The notes under the pieces were generated by a model that was not told the origin of the DNA, did not search any database, and was given only the letters and a program-made list of their open reading frames with translations. DNA of 64,000 nucleotides from Candidatus Zhuqueibacterota bacterium (GTDB lineage Bacteria > Zhuqueibacterota > Zhuqueibacteria > Thermofontimicrobiales > Thermofontimicrobiaceae), in the NCBI GenBank assembly GCA_049322915.1, contig JBMOPW010000003.1, positions 64,001-128,000 of the forward strand, given 5' to 3'. A program made the translations under genes and the position numbers. Shown one piece after another: positions 11,406-23,013 of this stretch; the first letter of the stretch is position 1; every line of letters begins with the position of its first letter.

Positions 11406-14099
11406 ATGGTAAAGAAGCAGGTTCATGTCATCTCCCACACCCATTGGGATCGCGAATGGTACATGACGTTTCAGCAGTATCGTCTGAAACTGGTCGACCT
11501 CATCGACACCCTCCTCGATCTGCTGGAGAAAAATTCCGACTATCGCTATTTTCATCTGGACGGTCAGACGGTTGTGCTGGACGATTATTTTGAAATTCGG
11601 CCGGAGAACAGGCCGCGACTGGAAAGCCTTGTGCGGCAGGGGCGCGTTTTAATCGGTCCCTGGTATGTCCTGTGCGACGAATTCCTGGTCAGCGGCGAAT
11701 CCATTGTTCGTAATTTGCTATTGGGACATGCCATGGCCGGCGCCCTGGGAAAGGTCATGAAAGTCGGGTATGTCATCGATGCCTTCGGGCATATTTCGCA
11801 GATGCCCCAGATTTTTGCCAACTTCGAAATCGACAATGCCATCATGTGGCGCGGCGTGGGCGGCCCGGATTTCAAATCTGAATTTTACTGGCGTTCCCCG
11901 GATGGCTCCACTGTCCTCACTTACAAGGTGCAGGATGTGGGCGGCTATTGTTACGGCGTGTTTCTACCTTCAGAACCGGAGGCGTTGCAGCAGCGACTTG
12001 CCGCCATTTTGCAGGAGCGGCAGCGCCACGCCACCACCGACCATCTCGTGGTGATGAACGGCTGCGACCATATCGAACCCCAGCCCAATTTGCCGGCCAT
12101 CATCGAATTGGCCAACCAGATCGAACCGGACGCGAATATTTTTCACAGCACCATTCCGGAGCTGTTCGCCCGCCTGAAAGAGGACGTGAAAGGAATTCCC
12201 ATGTTGAAAGGCGAGCTGCGGGACAATCAGCATGTCAATCTCCTGGCTGGCACGATTTCCTCGCGCATGTATTTGAAAAAAGCGAACAACGACTCCCAGA
12301 CGCTGTTGGAGCGATTTGTCGAGCCGCTCGCCGCAATTGCCTGGACGCTGAGCGGCCGCTATCCTCAGGCGCAAATCTGGCAGTCATGGAAATATCTCAT
12401 GCAAAATCAACCTCACGACGACATCTGCGGTTGCAGCGTGGATGCGGTCCACGAACAGATGCAGACGCGATTTGCCTGGTCCCGGGAAATTGCCCATGAT
12501 CTCATCGACCGCAGTTTCTACACCATTTTTAATACGCCGGATCTGAACGCGCTTGATGCCCGGCAGGCGGATATCATCCTGTTCAACCCGTTAGGCTGGA
12601 AGCGGAGTGAAGTGGTGACCGGCCGCGCAGATTTCCCGGCCGACACGGAAATCTTCTCCATCGCTGTATCGTCTGCCGATGCAGCAACTGTTCCCTGTCA
12701 GGTGGAGAGCATCCGCGTCGTCGAAAAATTGCAGGTCGACCCGCGTTTCGGGCCGATGTCGGTGATGGTGAAGCAGGTGACTTTCTCTTTTCTGGCTGAA
12801 AATATTCCATCGTGCGGGTATAAATTGTACCATGTCATTCCGGCGGCGGACCTGGCCGAACCAGCCACGGATCTGGTCGTTGAAAATTTCTCCGCGGAAA
12901 ATACATTCCTCAAAATACGATTCCGCCCGGAGGGGACATTTGATGTGCTCAATAAAACGACGTCCCAGACCTATTCCAATTGCAATCTGTTCGAAGATGG
13001 TGGCGACAGCGGGGATGAGTACACCTATTCGTTTCCGATGAAAGATCGGCTCATTTATGGATTTGAAACACCGCCGCAAATTTCCATCGAGCAGCAGGGG
13101 CCGGTGAAGGCTGTCTTCATGATCAAGGGAAATTTGAAACTGCCGGAGTCGCTCAATCCGGATTTTCAGTCCCGAAGCGATGCAGAAGTTACCTGCCCGG
13201 TCATCAGTCGAGTCGCGATCCATTCCAAAACCCGATACATACAAATTTCCACGGAGATCGATAATCGCGCAAAAGATCACCGGCTGCGGGTCCTGTTTCC
13301 CAGCCAGATTCGCGCGGAATTCTCATTCGCCGGCGGCAACTTCGATGTGATCAGCCGGAAAATTGCGCTGCCGCCCAGGAAGGGGTGGATGGAAGACCCC
13401 ATTCCCACGCATCCATTCCAGCATTTTGTTTCCATCAACGACGCCGGCCGCGGTCTGACCATTGCCAGCCCGGATGTGACGGAGTTCGAGGTGAAGCGGA
13501 CGCCGGAAAGTCCCATAGCCCTCACTCTGTTGCGCTGCGTTGGGTCTCTGGCCAGGTTCGATCTCATGACGCGCAAAGGCCGGGATGGCTGGCGTTTCAA
13601 AACGCCCGGCGGGCAATGCCCCGGCGTCCATCAATTTTCATACGCCATCATTCCCCATGCCGGCAACTGGCTCAGCGACGAAAGCCACACCCTGGCGTTC
13701 AACAACTCCACGCCGATGCTCACGAAACAGATTCGGAAGAAGCCGGAGCAATTGCCGGAGACTGGGGCCTTTCTCACTGTTCAGCCGGCGGAACTGGTGC
13801 TGTCCTGCCTGAAACGCAGCGAACACAACGATGCCATCATCATTCGCATGTACAATATTTCCAACCGGGATGTGGCCGGACGAATACACTTCTTCCAGCG
13901 GATTTCCACCGCGCGAATCGTGACCATGGCCGAAGAGCCGGTGAGCCATGGGGAACTGGTGATTGACAACAACCACACCCTGTCGGTGAATTTCCCGGGA
14001 AACAAAATTTTGACAATTGAGCTGTTCATTGCTGAAACCGAATTGCGCAAGGAAGAGTTTTTCCCGCCCATTCATAAAATTATGGAGATGCAGGGATAG
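11406..14099 (+). CDS. Glycoside hydrolase family 38 (alpha-mannosidase-like)
   Basis: Motifs SHTHWDREW, DGQ, GPWYV..DE, DAFGH, NGCDH and HDDICGCS. Confidence 0.92.
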   Translation: MVKKQVHVISHTHWDREWYMTFQQYRLKLVDLIDTLLDLLEKNSDYRYFHLDGQTVVLDDYFEIRPENRPRLESLVRQGRVLIGPWYVLCDEFLVSGESIVRNLLLGHAMAGALGKVMKVGYVIDAFGHISQMPQIFANFEIDNAIMWRGVGGPDFKSEFYWRSPDGSTVLTYKVQDVGGYCYGVFLPSEPEALQQRLAAILQERQRHATTDHLVVMNGCDHIEPQPNLPAIIELANQIEPDANIFHSTIPELFARLKEDVKGIPMLKGELRDNQHVNLLAGTISSRMYLKKANNDSQTLLERFVEPLAAIAWTLSGRYPQAQIWQSWKYLMQNQPHDDICGCSVDAVHEQMQTRFAWSREIAHDLIDRSFYTIFNTPDLNALDARQADIILFNPLGWKRSEVVTGRADFPADTEIFSIAVSSADAATVPCQVESIRVVEKLQVDPRFGPMSVMVKQVTFSFLAENIPSCGYKLYHVIPAADLAEPATDLVVENFSAENTFLKIRFRPEGTFDVLNKTTSQTYSNCNLFEDGGDSGDEYTYSFPMKDRLIYGFETPPQISIEQQGPVKAVFMIKGNLKLPESLNPDFQSRSDAEVTCPVISRVAIHSKTRYIQISTEIDNRAKDHRLRVLFPSQIRAEFSFAGGNFDVISRKIALPPRKGWMEDPIPTHPFQHFVSINDAGRGLTIASPDVTEFEVKRTPESPIALTLLRCVGSLARFDLMTRKGRDGWRFKTPGGQCPGVHQFSYAIIPHAGNWLSDESHTLAFNNSTPMLTKQIRKKPEQLPETGAFLTVQPAELVLSCLKRSEHNDAIIIRMYNISNRDVAGRIHFFQRISTARIVTMAEEPVSHGELVIDNNHTLSVNFPGNKILTIELFIAETELRKEEFFPPIHKIMEMQG

Positions 14100-14254
14100 C
14101 TCCGCGTTTTGACCTGTTGAACCGGTGATCCGTATCGTGTCTGTGGCTGTTTTGGCCTGATTTTTTAATCTCAAATAAAGCAATAGAAATTTGAAGAATT
14201 ACCACCAGGACTCGAAGTCGCTACGTATCACTAATGAAAACAGAAGCTGTTTAG

Positions 14255-14415
14255 CCTGAATTATTCATGAATTCTCCAATAGGCCAACTTAACATTATGT
14301 TTTCATAATGTGTGAATGTATATGCAAAATCAAACTCAGTTTTATATTCAAATTTTAAATTTATGCACCATTCAGGTTATCCCGCTTCCTTTAAAAATAC
14401 AATGAATAATGCGGG
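14255..14415. mobile_element. MITE, copy 2 (same ends as 10938-11098)
   Basis: Ends CCTGAATTATTCAT / ATGAATAATGCGGG. Flanked by a TTAG duplication (14251-14254, 14416-14419). 161 bp. Confidence 0.88.
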
Positions 14416-14556
14416 TTAGAAATTTTTAGACAAAAAAATGAAAAAGTTTTCTCATAAAGTTGATAATAACATTTTGTAAATTCATTCTTTGAGTCTTAGC
14501 GCCTTTGTGGCTATTGCATTATCCGGGTTGATAACCTATTCATCCGAAAAGCGACC

Positions 14557-15534
<978 letters not shown>

Positions 15535-15746
15535 ACGATTGGTTGGGCCGATTCCTGACCTGATCTTTCACCACCTTTTCTCCTGTCGATGGACGCTGAA
15601 ATGCTGCGCGTTCGCGGAAATCAGCTCCGCCACAGCATCGCCGGCCCAAGATATTCGCGCGTTGTGAGGACTAAAATTTGAACAGGAACCGATAACTAAA
15701 ACGCCCTGGTTTGGGAGTAATGTTAAATGAAAAAGATGAACGTGTT

Positions 15747-16541
15747 ATGACCGAAAAACAAACTGCAATTCATGCAGCGACCGAAGCTGCAAAGTACTTC
15801 AAACAACATCTGGGCAAGATTTCCAGCCTGGATATTTCGAATAAAAGCCCCTTTGATTTCGTGACTGAGATCGACAAGCAGTGCGAGCAACGCATCATCG
15901 AAATCATTTCGCGGGAATTTCCGGAGCATGAAATTCTTGCAGAAGAGACCGGCGCGTCCGTCCAGAAAAATTCGCATCGGTGGATTATCGATCCGCTGGA
16001 TGGCACGACCAATTTCATTCACGGCTTGCCCCACAGCGCGGTGTCCATTGCTCATGAAATTGACGGCAGCGTCGTGCTGGGCGTTGTCTACGATCCCTAT
16101 CGGGATGAGCTTTTTTTTGCAGAAAAAGGCTGTGGCGCGTATTGTAACAATGCTCGTCTGCACGTATCTGCCCGGAATGATTTAACTCAATGTCTCATTG
16201 CCACTGGCTTTCCATTTCGCAACAAACATCTGCTGACAAGCTACTGGGAGGCGCTATCGAAAATTTTCCTCGCAGTCAGCGGCATCCGCCGGACCGGTTC
16301 GGCGACGCTGGATTTAGCCTATGTCGCCTTTGGCCGATTCGATGGATTCTGGGAATTGAGGCTGAGCCCGTGGGATATCGCTGCCGGCCATCTCATCATC
16401 AAAGAGGCGGGAGGGATGATCAGCGATTTTAACGGGGATCAAAATCACATCCGCGAAGGAAATGTGGTGGCGGGCAATGCATGCGCCCATGCATTCATCC
16501 TTGAGACGGTGCAATCCGTATTTGGCGACAGCCGAATTTAG
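15747..16541 (+). CDS. suhB: Inositol monophosphatase family protein
   Basis: Motifs WIIDPLDGTTNF and WDIAAG. Start is uncertain (15711, 15720 or 15747). Confidence 0.9.
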   Translation: MTEKQTAIHAATEAAKYFKQHLGKISSLDISNKSPFDFVTEIDKQCEQRIIEIISREFPEHEILAEETGASVQKNSHRWIIDPLDGTTNFIHGLPHSAVSIAHEIDGSVVLGVVYDPYRDELFFAEKGCGAYCNNARLHVSARNDLTQCLIATGFPFRNKHLLTSYWEALSKIFLAVSGIRRTGSATLDLAYVAFGRFDGFWELRLSPWDIAAGHLIIKEAGGMISDFNGDQNHIREGNVVAGNACAHAFILETVQSVFGDSRI

Positions 16542-16580
16542 TGACAAAATGCTCGGGACCTGAACCAATGCAGATTATTC

Positions 16581-17948
16581 ATGCGTGAAAAACCAATTCT
16601 TCTGATTATCGATGACGACTCTGTGTCGCTACGCTTTTTCTCTGATCTCTTCACGGCCTCCGGTTACGATGTGTTGTCAGCCGATTCCGGTGAAAAAGGG
16701 CTGAATCTGTTTCGCGAGAGAACGATCGATGTCATCATTCTCGATCTGAACATACTGGATTATCACGGTCTTGACGTCGTCGATTCAATCCTGCAGTTGA
16801 ACCCGAGGCAGCCGATCATCATCATTGCCGGACATGGCGCCATTGAAAATGTCGTCCAGGCGACCAAATCCGGGGTTTTTGATTTATTGGAAAAACCGGT
16901 GGAGCCGGAGCGGATTTTATTGTCTATAAAAAACGCAATTGAAAAGACGCGGCTGCTGCACGAGCGGAATCAGCTCATCCGACAGCCGGAGAGACGCTAC
17001 AAAATGGTGGGCGTCAGCGCGGCCATGCAGCACATTTTTCAGATCATCGACAGAGTTGCGCCCACGGATACCAGGGTCCTGATCTCCGGCGAGAGTGGGA
17101 CAGGCAAGGATCTGGTGGCGCAGGCCATTCACCTGAACAGCCTCCGCGCCGATAAAAATTTTCAGCCTGTGAATTGCGCATCGATACCGAATGAACTGGT
17201 CGAGAGCGAGTTATTCGGGCACACAAAAGGCTCGTTCACCGACGCCCGGAATGAAAAAATGGGCACCTTTCAGTTAGCTGATAAAGGCACCCTGTTCCTG
17301 GATGAAATCGGTGATTTGAGCCTCATGGCCCAGGCAAAGGTGCTGCGGGCGATCGAACACGGTGAATTCTCCCCAATCGGCGGCACTTCAACCATCATTG
17401 TGGACGTACGAATTATCTGCGCTACCAATAAAAATCTCGATGACATGATCAAGGCGCATTCGTTCCGGGACGATCTTTTCCATCGGATCAACGGCATGGC
17501 CATTCACATCCCTCCGTTACGAGAACGGCGGGAGGATATCGCTCCGCTTTGCGCTCACTTTTTGGACCAGATTTTGAAAAAAAACAATCTGCCGCCGAAG
17601 CGCTTCACGCATGATGCTATCGAACTGATCAGCGACCAGCCGTGGAACGGTAATGTCCGGCAATTGAGAAATTTCATGGAGCAGATTTGCGTGCTGTCCG
17701 ACGCCGAAGTGATCACAGCCCAGATAGTTGCGAAACTGCTGAATATAAAAAATCTCTATTCCGAGACTATGGAAATAGAAAATTTTCAGGAAGCCCGGGC
17801 GAATTTTGAAAAAAATTATCTGCTCAAAAATTTGATAAAATTCAATTGGAATGTGACGGTAACAGCGGAGAAAATCGGGCTGGAACGGACATCGTTGCAT
17901 CGAAAAATGAGACGATACGGGATAAACGATCGAGGCGAATCCCGCTGA
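16581..17948 (+). CDS. NtrC-family response regulator (receiver, AAA+, Fis-HTH)
   Basis: N-terminal receiver, GESGTGKD, ESELFGH, a GSFTDA loop, LFLDEI, WNGNVRQL and a C-terminal HTH. Confidence 0.92.
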   Translation: MREKPILLIIDDDSVSLRFFSDLFTASGYDVLSADSGEKGLNLFRERTIDVIILDLNILDYHGLDVVDSILQLNPRQPIIIIAGHGAIENVVQATKSGVFDLLEKPVEPERILLSIKNAIEKTRLLHERNQLIRQPERRYKMVGVSAAMQHIFQIIDRVAPTDTRVLISGESGTGKDLVAQAIHLNSLRADKNFQPVNCASIPNELVESELFGHTKGSFTDARNEKMGTFQLADKGTLFLDEIGDLSLMAQAKVLRAIEHGEFSPIGGTSTIIVDVRIICATNKNLDDMIKAHSFRDDLFHRINGMAIHIPPLRERREDIAPLCAHFLDQILKKNNLPPKRFTHDAIELISDQPWNGNVRQLRNFMEQICVLSDAEVITAQIVAKLLNIKNLYSETMEIENFQEARANFEKNYLLKNLIKFNWNVTVTAEKIGLERTSLHRKMRRYGINDRGESR

Positions 17949-18070
17949 GCATTGTCCAGCCGAAACGCCTTCCCTGATCCGATGAAGCAATTTTACGAAT
18001 GCCCGGCGCAGGCGCACGAGAACTGCCCAAATGGGATGATTTTCATTTATCACAAATCAAGGAGTGACCC

Positions 18071-19342
18071 ATGAATCGATTAGCCACAATCGAGCACACC
18101 TATCAAATCGCAAAAGAACTCTATGCCGAAAATGGCGTTGATACCGACGCTGCTCTGGACAAACTCAATCGCATCGCCATTTCGCTGCATTGCTGGCAGA
18201 CCGATGATGTCGTTGGACTGGAATCGCCCGAAGCGCAATTGACCGGCGGCGGCATTCAGGTGACCGGGAACTATCCCGGCAAGGCCAGAAATATCGACGA
18301 AATACGGATGGATCTGAAAAAAGTAGTGTCGCTGCTCCCCGGGACATTTCGGTTGAACCTCCATGCGATCTATGGTGAATTCGGCGGGAAGAGAGTCGAC
18401 CGCGACGCCGTTGTGCCGGAGCACTTTCAGGGGTGGATCGATTGGGCGCGGCAGAATGACTTCAAACTGGATTTTAACGCCTCCTGTTTTTCTCATCCGA
18501 AATCGAATGATGGCTTCACATTGAGCAGCAAAAATGACGCATACCGGCGATTCTGGATTGAGCATGTGAAACACTGCCGCGAAATCAGCGCGGTGATGGG
18601 CCGCCAGCAGAACTCACCGTGCGTCCATAACCTGTGGATCCCCGACGGCTCCAAAGACAACACTGTGGATCGTTGGACGCATCGGAGCCTGTTGAAAGAA
18701 TCGCTGGATGATATCTTCGAAACGCGCTACATGCCGACCGAAATGAAAGACTCGCTGGAGAGCAAATTGTTCGGCATTGGCAGCGAGTCCTTCGTGGTCG
18801 GCTCATTTGATTTTTACCTGGGATACGCCATGTCCCGCGGTCACATGATGTGTCTGGACATGGGGCACTTTCATCCTACTGAATCCATCGGCGATAAAAT
18901 TTCCTCGATTATGCAATTCTCGGACGAGATGCTTTTCCATGTCAGCCGCGGCGTGCGCTGGGATAGCGATCATGTCCCGACGCTCTCCGATGAGCTGCGC
19001 TGCGTTGCCGAAGAAATTGTGCGGGCCGATGTGCTGCATCGGGTTAACTTTGCGACTGACTTTTTCGATGGGAGCATCAATCGGATCGGCGCGTATGTCA
19101 CCGGCGTGCGGTCGTTGCTCAAAGCGCTGCTCATCGCCCTGCTGGAGCCGCGAGCCGCTCTGCTGACCGCAGAAAATAATCAGAACCATTTTGTCCGGCT
19201 GGCTTTGCTGGAAGAAGCGAAGGCATTGCCATTCGGCGCGGTGTGGGATTTTTACTGTCTGAAAAAAGATGTCGCCCCGGGCAATACATGGATCAACGAC
19301 GTGCTTCAGTATGAGAATGAAGTCCTGTCAAAGCGATCCTGA
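18071..19342 (+). CDS. rhaA: L-rhamnose isomerase
   Basis: Motifs SLHCWQ.DD, TGNYPGKAR, WIPDGSKD, ESKLFGIGSES, GHFHPTE and VRWDSDH. Confidence 0.95.
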   Translation: MNRLATIEHTYQIAKELYAENGVDTDAALDKLNRIAISLHCWQTDDVVGLESPEAQLTGGGIQVTGNYPGKARNIDEIRMDLKKVVSLLPGTFRLNLHAIYGEFGGKRVDRDAVVPEHFQGWIDWARQNDFKLDFNASCFSHPKSNDGFTLSSKNDAYRRFWIEHVKHCREISAVMGRQQNSPCVHNLWIPDGSKDNTVDRWTHRSLLKESLDDIFETRYMPTEMKDSLESKLFGIGSESFVVGSFDFYLGYAMSRGHMMCLDMGHFHPTESIGDKISSIMQFSDEMLFHVSRGVRWDSDHVPTLSDELRCVAEEIVRADVLHRVNFATDFFDGSINRIGAYVTGVRSLLKALLIALLEPRAALLTAENNQNHFVRLALLEEAKALPFGAVWDFYCLKKDVAPGNTWINDVLQYENEVLSKRS

Positions 19343-19689
19343 AATTTCAGTCGGACCATTTTGTGATACGAACAGGCTGGCAGAGCCCAACGCGGCGCTG
19401 TGTTCTGTCGGCCACTGTTCATGAAACGCAATACGGCCGGCGCGGTCTGAGCACAATTTTATACGCGCGCGATTGCCCGACTCCATCGCATTTACCGCGC
19501 TCGATTTGCCGTATCGAACTTTCTTTTCCCTCAAACCTGCTGCACTATCAAGTCCGCACTCTGAACAAACGGACAGTTGTATTCCACCATCAGGTTTCGA
19601 CTGAAATGAAATTTAAATTTTTCCAATTTTTGTGAAACTTTCAAACTGTGTCGGGCGTAAGAGTAGCATTGTTTTTTCATGAAAGGATA

Positions 19690-19705
19690 TACCGACCGGT
19701 AAGTA
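19690..19705. promoter_or_regulatory. Putative TetR-family operator
   Basis: Imperfect palindrome TACCGACCGGTAAGTA, 12 bp upstream of the tetR start codon. Confidence 0.6.
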
Positions 19706-19717
19706 AATAAAAATATT

Positions 19718-20317
19718 ATGAGTGATCTGAAAAAAAATTTAAATAGCAATACGCGGAAGAAAATATTCCAGGTCTCGGCCAGGCTATTCGCCGAAAAAGG
19801 ATACAATGGCGTATCCATGCGGGAAATATCCGAGCATTCGGGCGTTACCAAACCCACGATTTATTATTATTTTGAGAATAAAGAGGGAATATACAAAGCC
19901 CTGGTCGAACGAGGTTTATTCGAAGCCGTGCGCGCAATGGAAAAAGTCGATCGGTTGGAAATCCCGGCCAAACAAAAATTGATTGAATTGACCAAATTGC
20001 GGTTTCGCTCGGTTTTAAAACATCCCGAGTTTTCCAAGTTTTTCATGTCGCTGATTTTCACAGTCGAGCAGTTGCCTTTTCTGGAGCGATATACATTTCT
20101 CGTTGAGCAACACAGACAGCGGTTTCTCAACATCATTCAGGATGGCATCAACTCCAATGAGTTCGGCGCAAGCGCCAAACCGGAGCTTGCTGTGGAAATC
20201 ATTGGCGGCGTTATTTTCTACTATGTCATTCAGCAATTGAAGAGCGAAAAAAAAATCCTGACCGATCAACTGGCCGAGGATATCATCGATTTAATTTTCA
20301 AAGGTTTGAACGAATAG
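19718..20317 (+). CDS. TetR/AcrR family transcriptional regulator
   Basis: N-terminal HTH LFAEKGYNGVSMREI..GVTKPTIYYYF. First gene of the efflux operon. Confidence 0.93.
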   Translation: MSDLKKNLNSNTRKKIFQVSARLFAEKGYNGVSMREISEHSGVTKPTIYYYFENKEGIYKALVERGLFEAVRAMEKVDRLEIPAKQKLIELTKLRFRSVLKHPEFSKFFMSLIFTVEQLPFLERYTFLVEQHRQRFLNIIQDGINSNEFGASAKPELAVEIIGGVIFYYVIQQLKSEKKILTDQLAEDIIDLIFKGLNE

Positions 20318-20403
20318 GATCACGAGAAAATCTTGCTCAGTTTTAATTATACTCTTTACAGAACTTATACTCAATGACGAGGATTTTAATAATGGAGGCT
20401 GCG

Positions 20404-21804
20404 ATGCATATTTTGAAAAAGATTCATGTCGCCGTAATCACAATATTTTTGATTGTCCCGGTTTCAATGTTTGGTCAGGAGAAGATGACCTTGACTCTCG
20501 ACAGGAGCATTGACCTGGCTCAAAAAAATAATCCCGAAATCAAGATGGCGGAAAAGGAATTGTCAAAAGCCAAAGCCAGTATCTGGGAGGCTTATTCCAA
20601 TATTCTGCCCCAGTTAGACGCTTCGGCTTCGTTCCAGCATTCATGGGAAATCCAGACCAGCATCATTCCCAACTTCATCAAGCCGATGATTGAGCCGTTA
20701 GCGTCCTACATTCCTGAACTTGCCGATGCCCCGGATTTTATCCCTATTTCATTCGGGCTGGAAAATACATTTGTCTATGGCGCCACTGTCTCGCAGCCGC
20801 TGTTTCTTGGCGGAGCCGGTATTGCCGGGATTCAGACGGCCTATTCAGTGAAAACCGCCGCCAAAGAAAATCTGGAGGAGAAAAAGCAAGAGCTCATTTA
20901 TCGCACCACCAACGCTTTTTACCTGTGCCTCCTCACGAAAGAGTTGATCAACGTACAGGAAGAAGCCTTTGAGCAGGCTAAAGCGAATTTCGAAAACGTC
21001 GCCAAGAAGTTCGAAGTCGGCAACGCTTCAGGATTTGATAAAATGCGGGCCGAAGTGGAAGTCGCCAACATGCGGCCGGAAGTCATCACCGCGCAGAATA
21101 ATTATAAGTCAGCCCTGACTCAATTGAAAACGATTCTGGGTCTGAATCGGGATACGGCCGTGGAAATCGAAGGTAGATTTCAATTCACTGAGGACAATTT
21201 TGGCAGCATGACGCTGGAAGAGATCCAAAAGATGGCGCTGACCAACCGCCCCATCATTTTGGCGATTGAGGCGCAAAAGAACATTTCCCGGAAGGGCATC
21301 GCGTTAGCGAGGAGCAATTTCATGCCCAAGTTATTCTTCCAAACGGATCTTTCATACATGTCCATGAAAAATGATTATGAACTGGCTCAGGATGACTTCA
21401 GCAAAGGTCTCACCTCTGCGTTCAGCCTGCAGGTACCGCTTTTCCATGGATTCCGTTCCGCCAAGCAATACCAGAAAGCCAGATTGGACTACAAGATCAT
21501 GCTGGATACTGAGAAACAGGTCTTCGACGGGGTGTCCGCCGAAGCCGAAGTGAGTTACAATAAATTTAAAGAAGCCAGACAGAAATATCTATCCGCCAGT
21601 CAAACGGTGGATCTGGCAACAGAGGCGCTTCGATTGGCCAATTTGATGTACGAAGAAGGCGCGAACACCCAACTGGATGTGCTGAATTCCCAGTTGGCGC
21701 TGACGCGGGCCAAACTGAGTCACGTCAATTCGCTGTATGAATACGAAGTCGCCCGATATCAACTGAGAAAAGTGACTGGAAAATTAAAGGGAATTCTGAA
21801 TTAA
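20404..21804 (+). CDS. TolC-family outer membrane efflux protein
   Basis: Signal peptide and two OEP repeats. GGAGG precedes ATG 20404. Lies upstream of the MFP and RND genes. Confidence 0.9.
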   Translation: MHILKKIHVAVITIFLIVPVSMFGQEKMTLTLDRSIDLAQKNNPEIKMAEKELSKAKASIWEAYSNILPQLDASASFQHSWEIQTSIIPNFIKPMIEPLASYIPELADAPDFIPISFGLENTFVYGATVSQPLFLGGAGIAGIQTAYSVKTAAKENLEEKKQELIYRTTNAFYLCLLTKELINVQEEAFEQAKANFENVAKKFEVGNASGFDKMRAEVEVANMRPEVITAQNNYKSALTQLKTILGLNRDTAVEIEGRFQFTEDNFGSMTLEEIQKMALTNRPIILAIEAQKNISRKGIALARSNFMPKLFFQTDLSYMSMKNDYELAQDDFSKGLTSAFSLQVPLFHGFRSAKQYQKARLDYKIMLDTEKQVFDGVSAEAEVSYNKFKEARQKYLSASQTVDLATEALRLANLMYEEGANTQLDVLNSQLALTRAKLSHVNSLYEYEVARYQLRKVTGKLKGILN

Positions 21805-21886
21805 AAACTTCAATCCGTTCGACTGGATTTTCATTCAGATATTCCACGAAAATAAAATTTTTTTCAACATAGTGAAGGAGTTAAAA

Positions 21887-23011
21887 ATGAAACGATTGGT
21901 TGTCATTATAGGACTGATTGGTCTTGTCGCAATGTTATCGATGGGTTGTTCCAAATCCGGAACGTCTGCCAAGGACGCTGAGGTGAAAATTCCGGTGCAA
22001 ACAGCCGAAGTCATTTCCTCAACAGTGACCAAAGAATTGACCTACACCGGCGATATTATGGCAGAGCAGGAAGTGAAATTGTTCTCAAAAATCCCGGACA
22101 GGATTACCCGGTTTTTCAAAGATGAAGGTGATTACGTTGCCAAAGGCGATACCATCGCCTTGATACAGGCCACAACCATTGAGCAGGCCGTCAATCAGGC
22201 GAAGGCCGGGCTGGCGAGCGCCAGAGCGCAATTGGCGAATCTGGAAGCGGAGTACCATCGCGCGCAGCGTCTGCAAAAAGAGAATGCCATCAGCCAGCAG
22301 CAGTTCGAGGCTATTCGGACTCAGTATGAAGCCACTCAGGCGCTTGTCGAACAGACCGAGGCCGCTCTGGCTCAGGCTGAAAGCCAATTATCCGACGCAG
22401 CCATTACATCGCCCATTTCCGGGATTATCGGCGTCCGAAATTATGATCAGGGAGATATGGCCGCAGGACAGTTCCCTCTGGCCACTGTGGTGAAAATGAA
22501 TCGCGTTAAAGTTGAAGTCGACGTCCCTGAACAGGATCTGGGTGAACTTAAAGTTGGGCAATGCGCTTCGCTCCTGGTGCGTAGCTTTCCGGATGATAAA
22601 TTCACAGGTGTTATTGATAAAATCAGACCCGTTCTCGATCCCATGACCCGCATGGGCAAAATTGAAATCATGGTGGACAACAGCAATTTGCAACTGAAGC
22701 CGGGTATGTTTGCCGAAGTATCGATCTGTGTGAAAACCTTCAAGAACGTCCTGGTTGTGCCCAAACACGCGATCATCGAAAAAACAGAAATGAAACGAGT
22801 CCAGGGAGAAGATGTCGCTGTTATCTATTCCCAGGTTTTCATCGAGAAGGAAGGCATTGCCTTGCTGCGCAGTGTAGATATCTCGTATTCCAACGGCACG
22901 TTTGCCGTGGTTACCAATGGCGTTCAGTTAGGCGACAAAATAATTGTCGTCGGCCAGCAGAGTGTGAAAGACGGTTCTCTTGTGAATGTATTAGTTGAAG
23001 GAGGCAAGTAA
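21887..23011 (+). CDS. RND efflux periplasmic adaptor (membrane fusion lipoprotein)
   Basis: Lipobox LSMGC, biotinyl-like half motifs, a coiled-coil hairpin and LKPGMF. Confidence 0.92.
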   Translation: MKRLVVIIGLIGLVAMLSMGCSKSGTSAKDAEVKIPVQTAEVISSTVTKELTYTGDIMAEQEVKLFSKIPDRITRFFKDEGDYVAKGDTIALIQATTIEQAVNQAKAGLASARAQLANLEAEYHRAQRLQKENAISQQQFEAIRTQYEATQALVEQTEAALAQAESQLSDAAITSPISGIIGVRNYDQGDMAAGQFPLATVVKMNRVKVEVDVPEQDLGELKVGQCASLLVRSFPDDKFTGVIDKIRPVLDPMTRMGKIEIMVDNSNLQLKPGMFAEVSICVKTFKNVLVVPKHAIIEKTEMKRVQGEDVAVIYSQVFIEKEGIALLRSVDISYSNGTFAVVTNGVQLGDKIIVVGQQSVKDGSLVNVLVEGGK

Positions 23012-23013
23012 TC

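Noticed and set aside
18010..18028. Sigma54 promoter upstream of rhaA (GCGCACGAGAACTGC)
   Set aside because: It lacks the invariant GG at -24 with correct spacing to the GC at -12.
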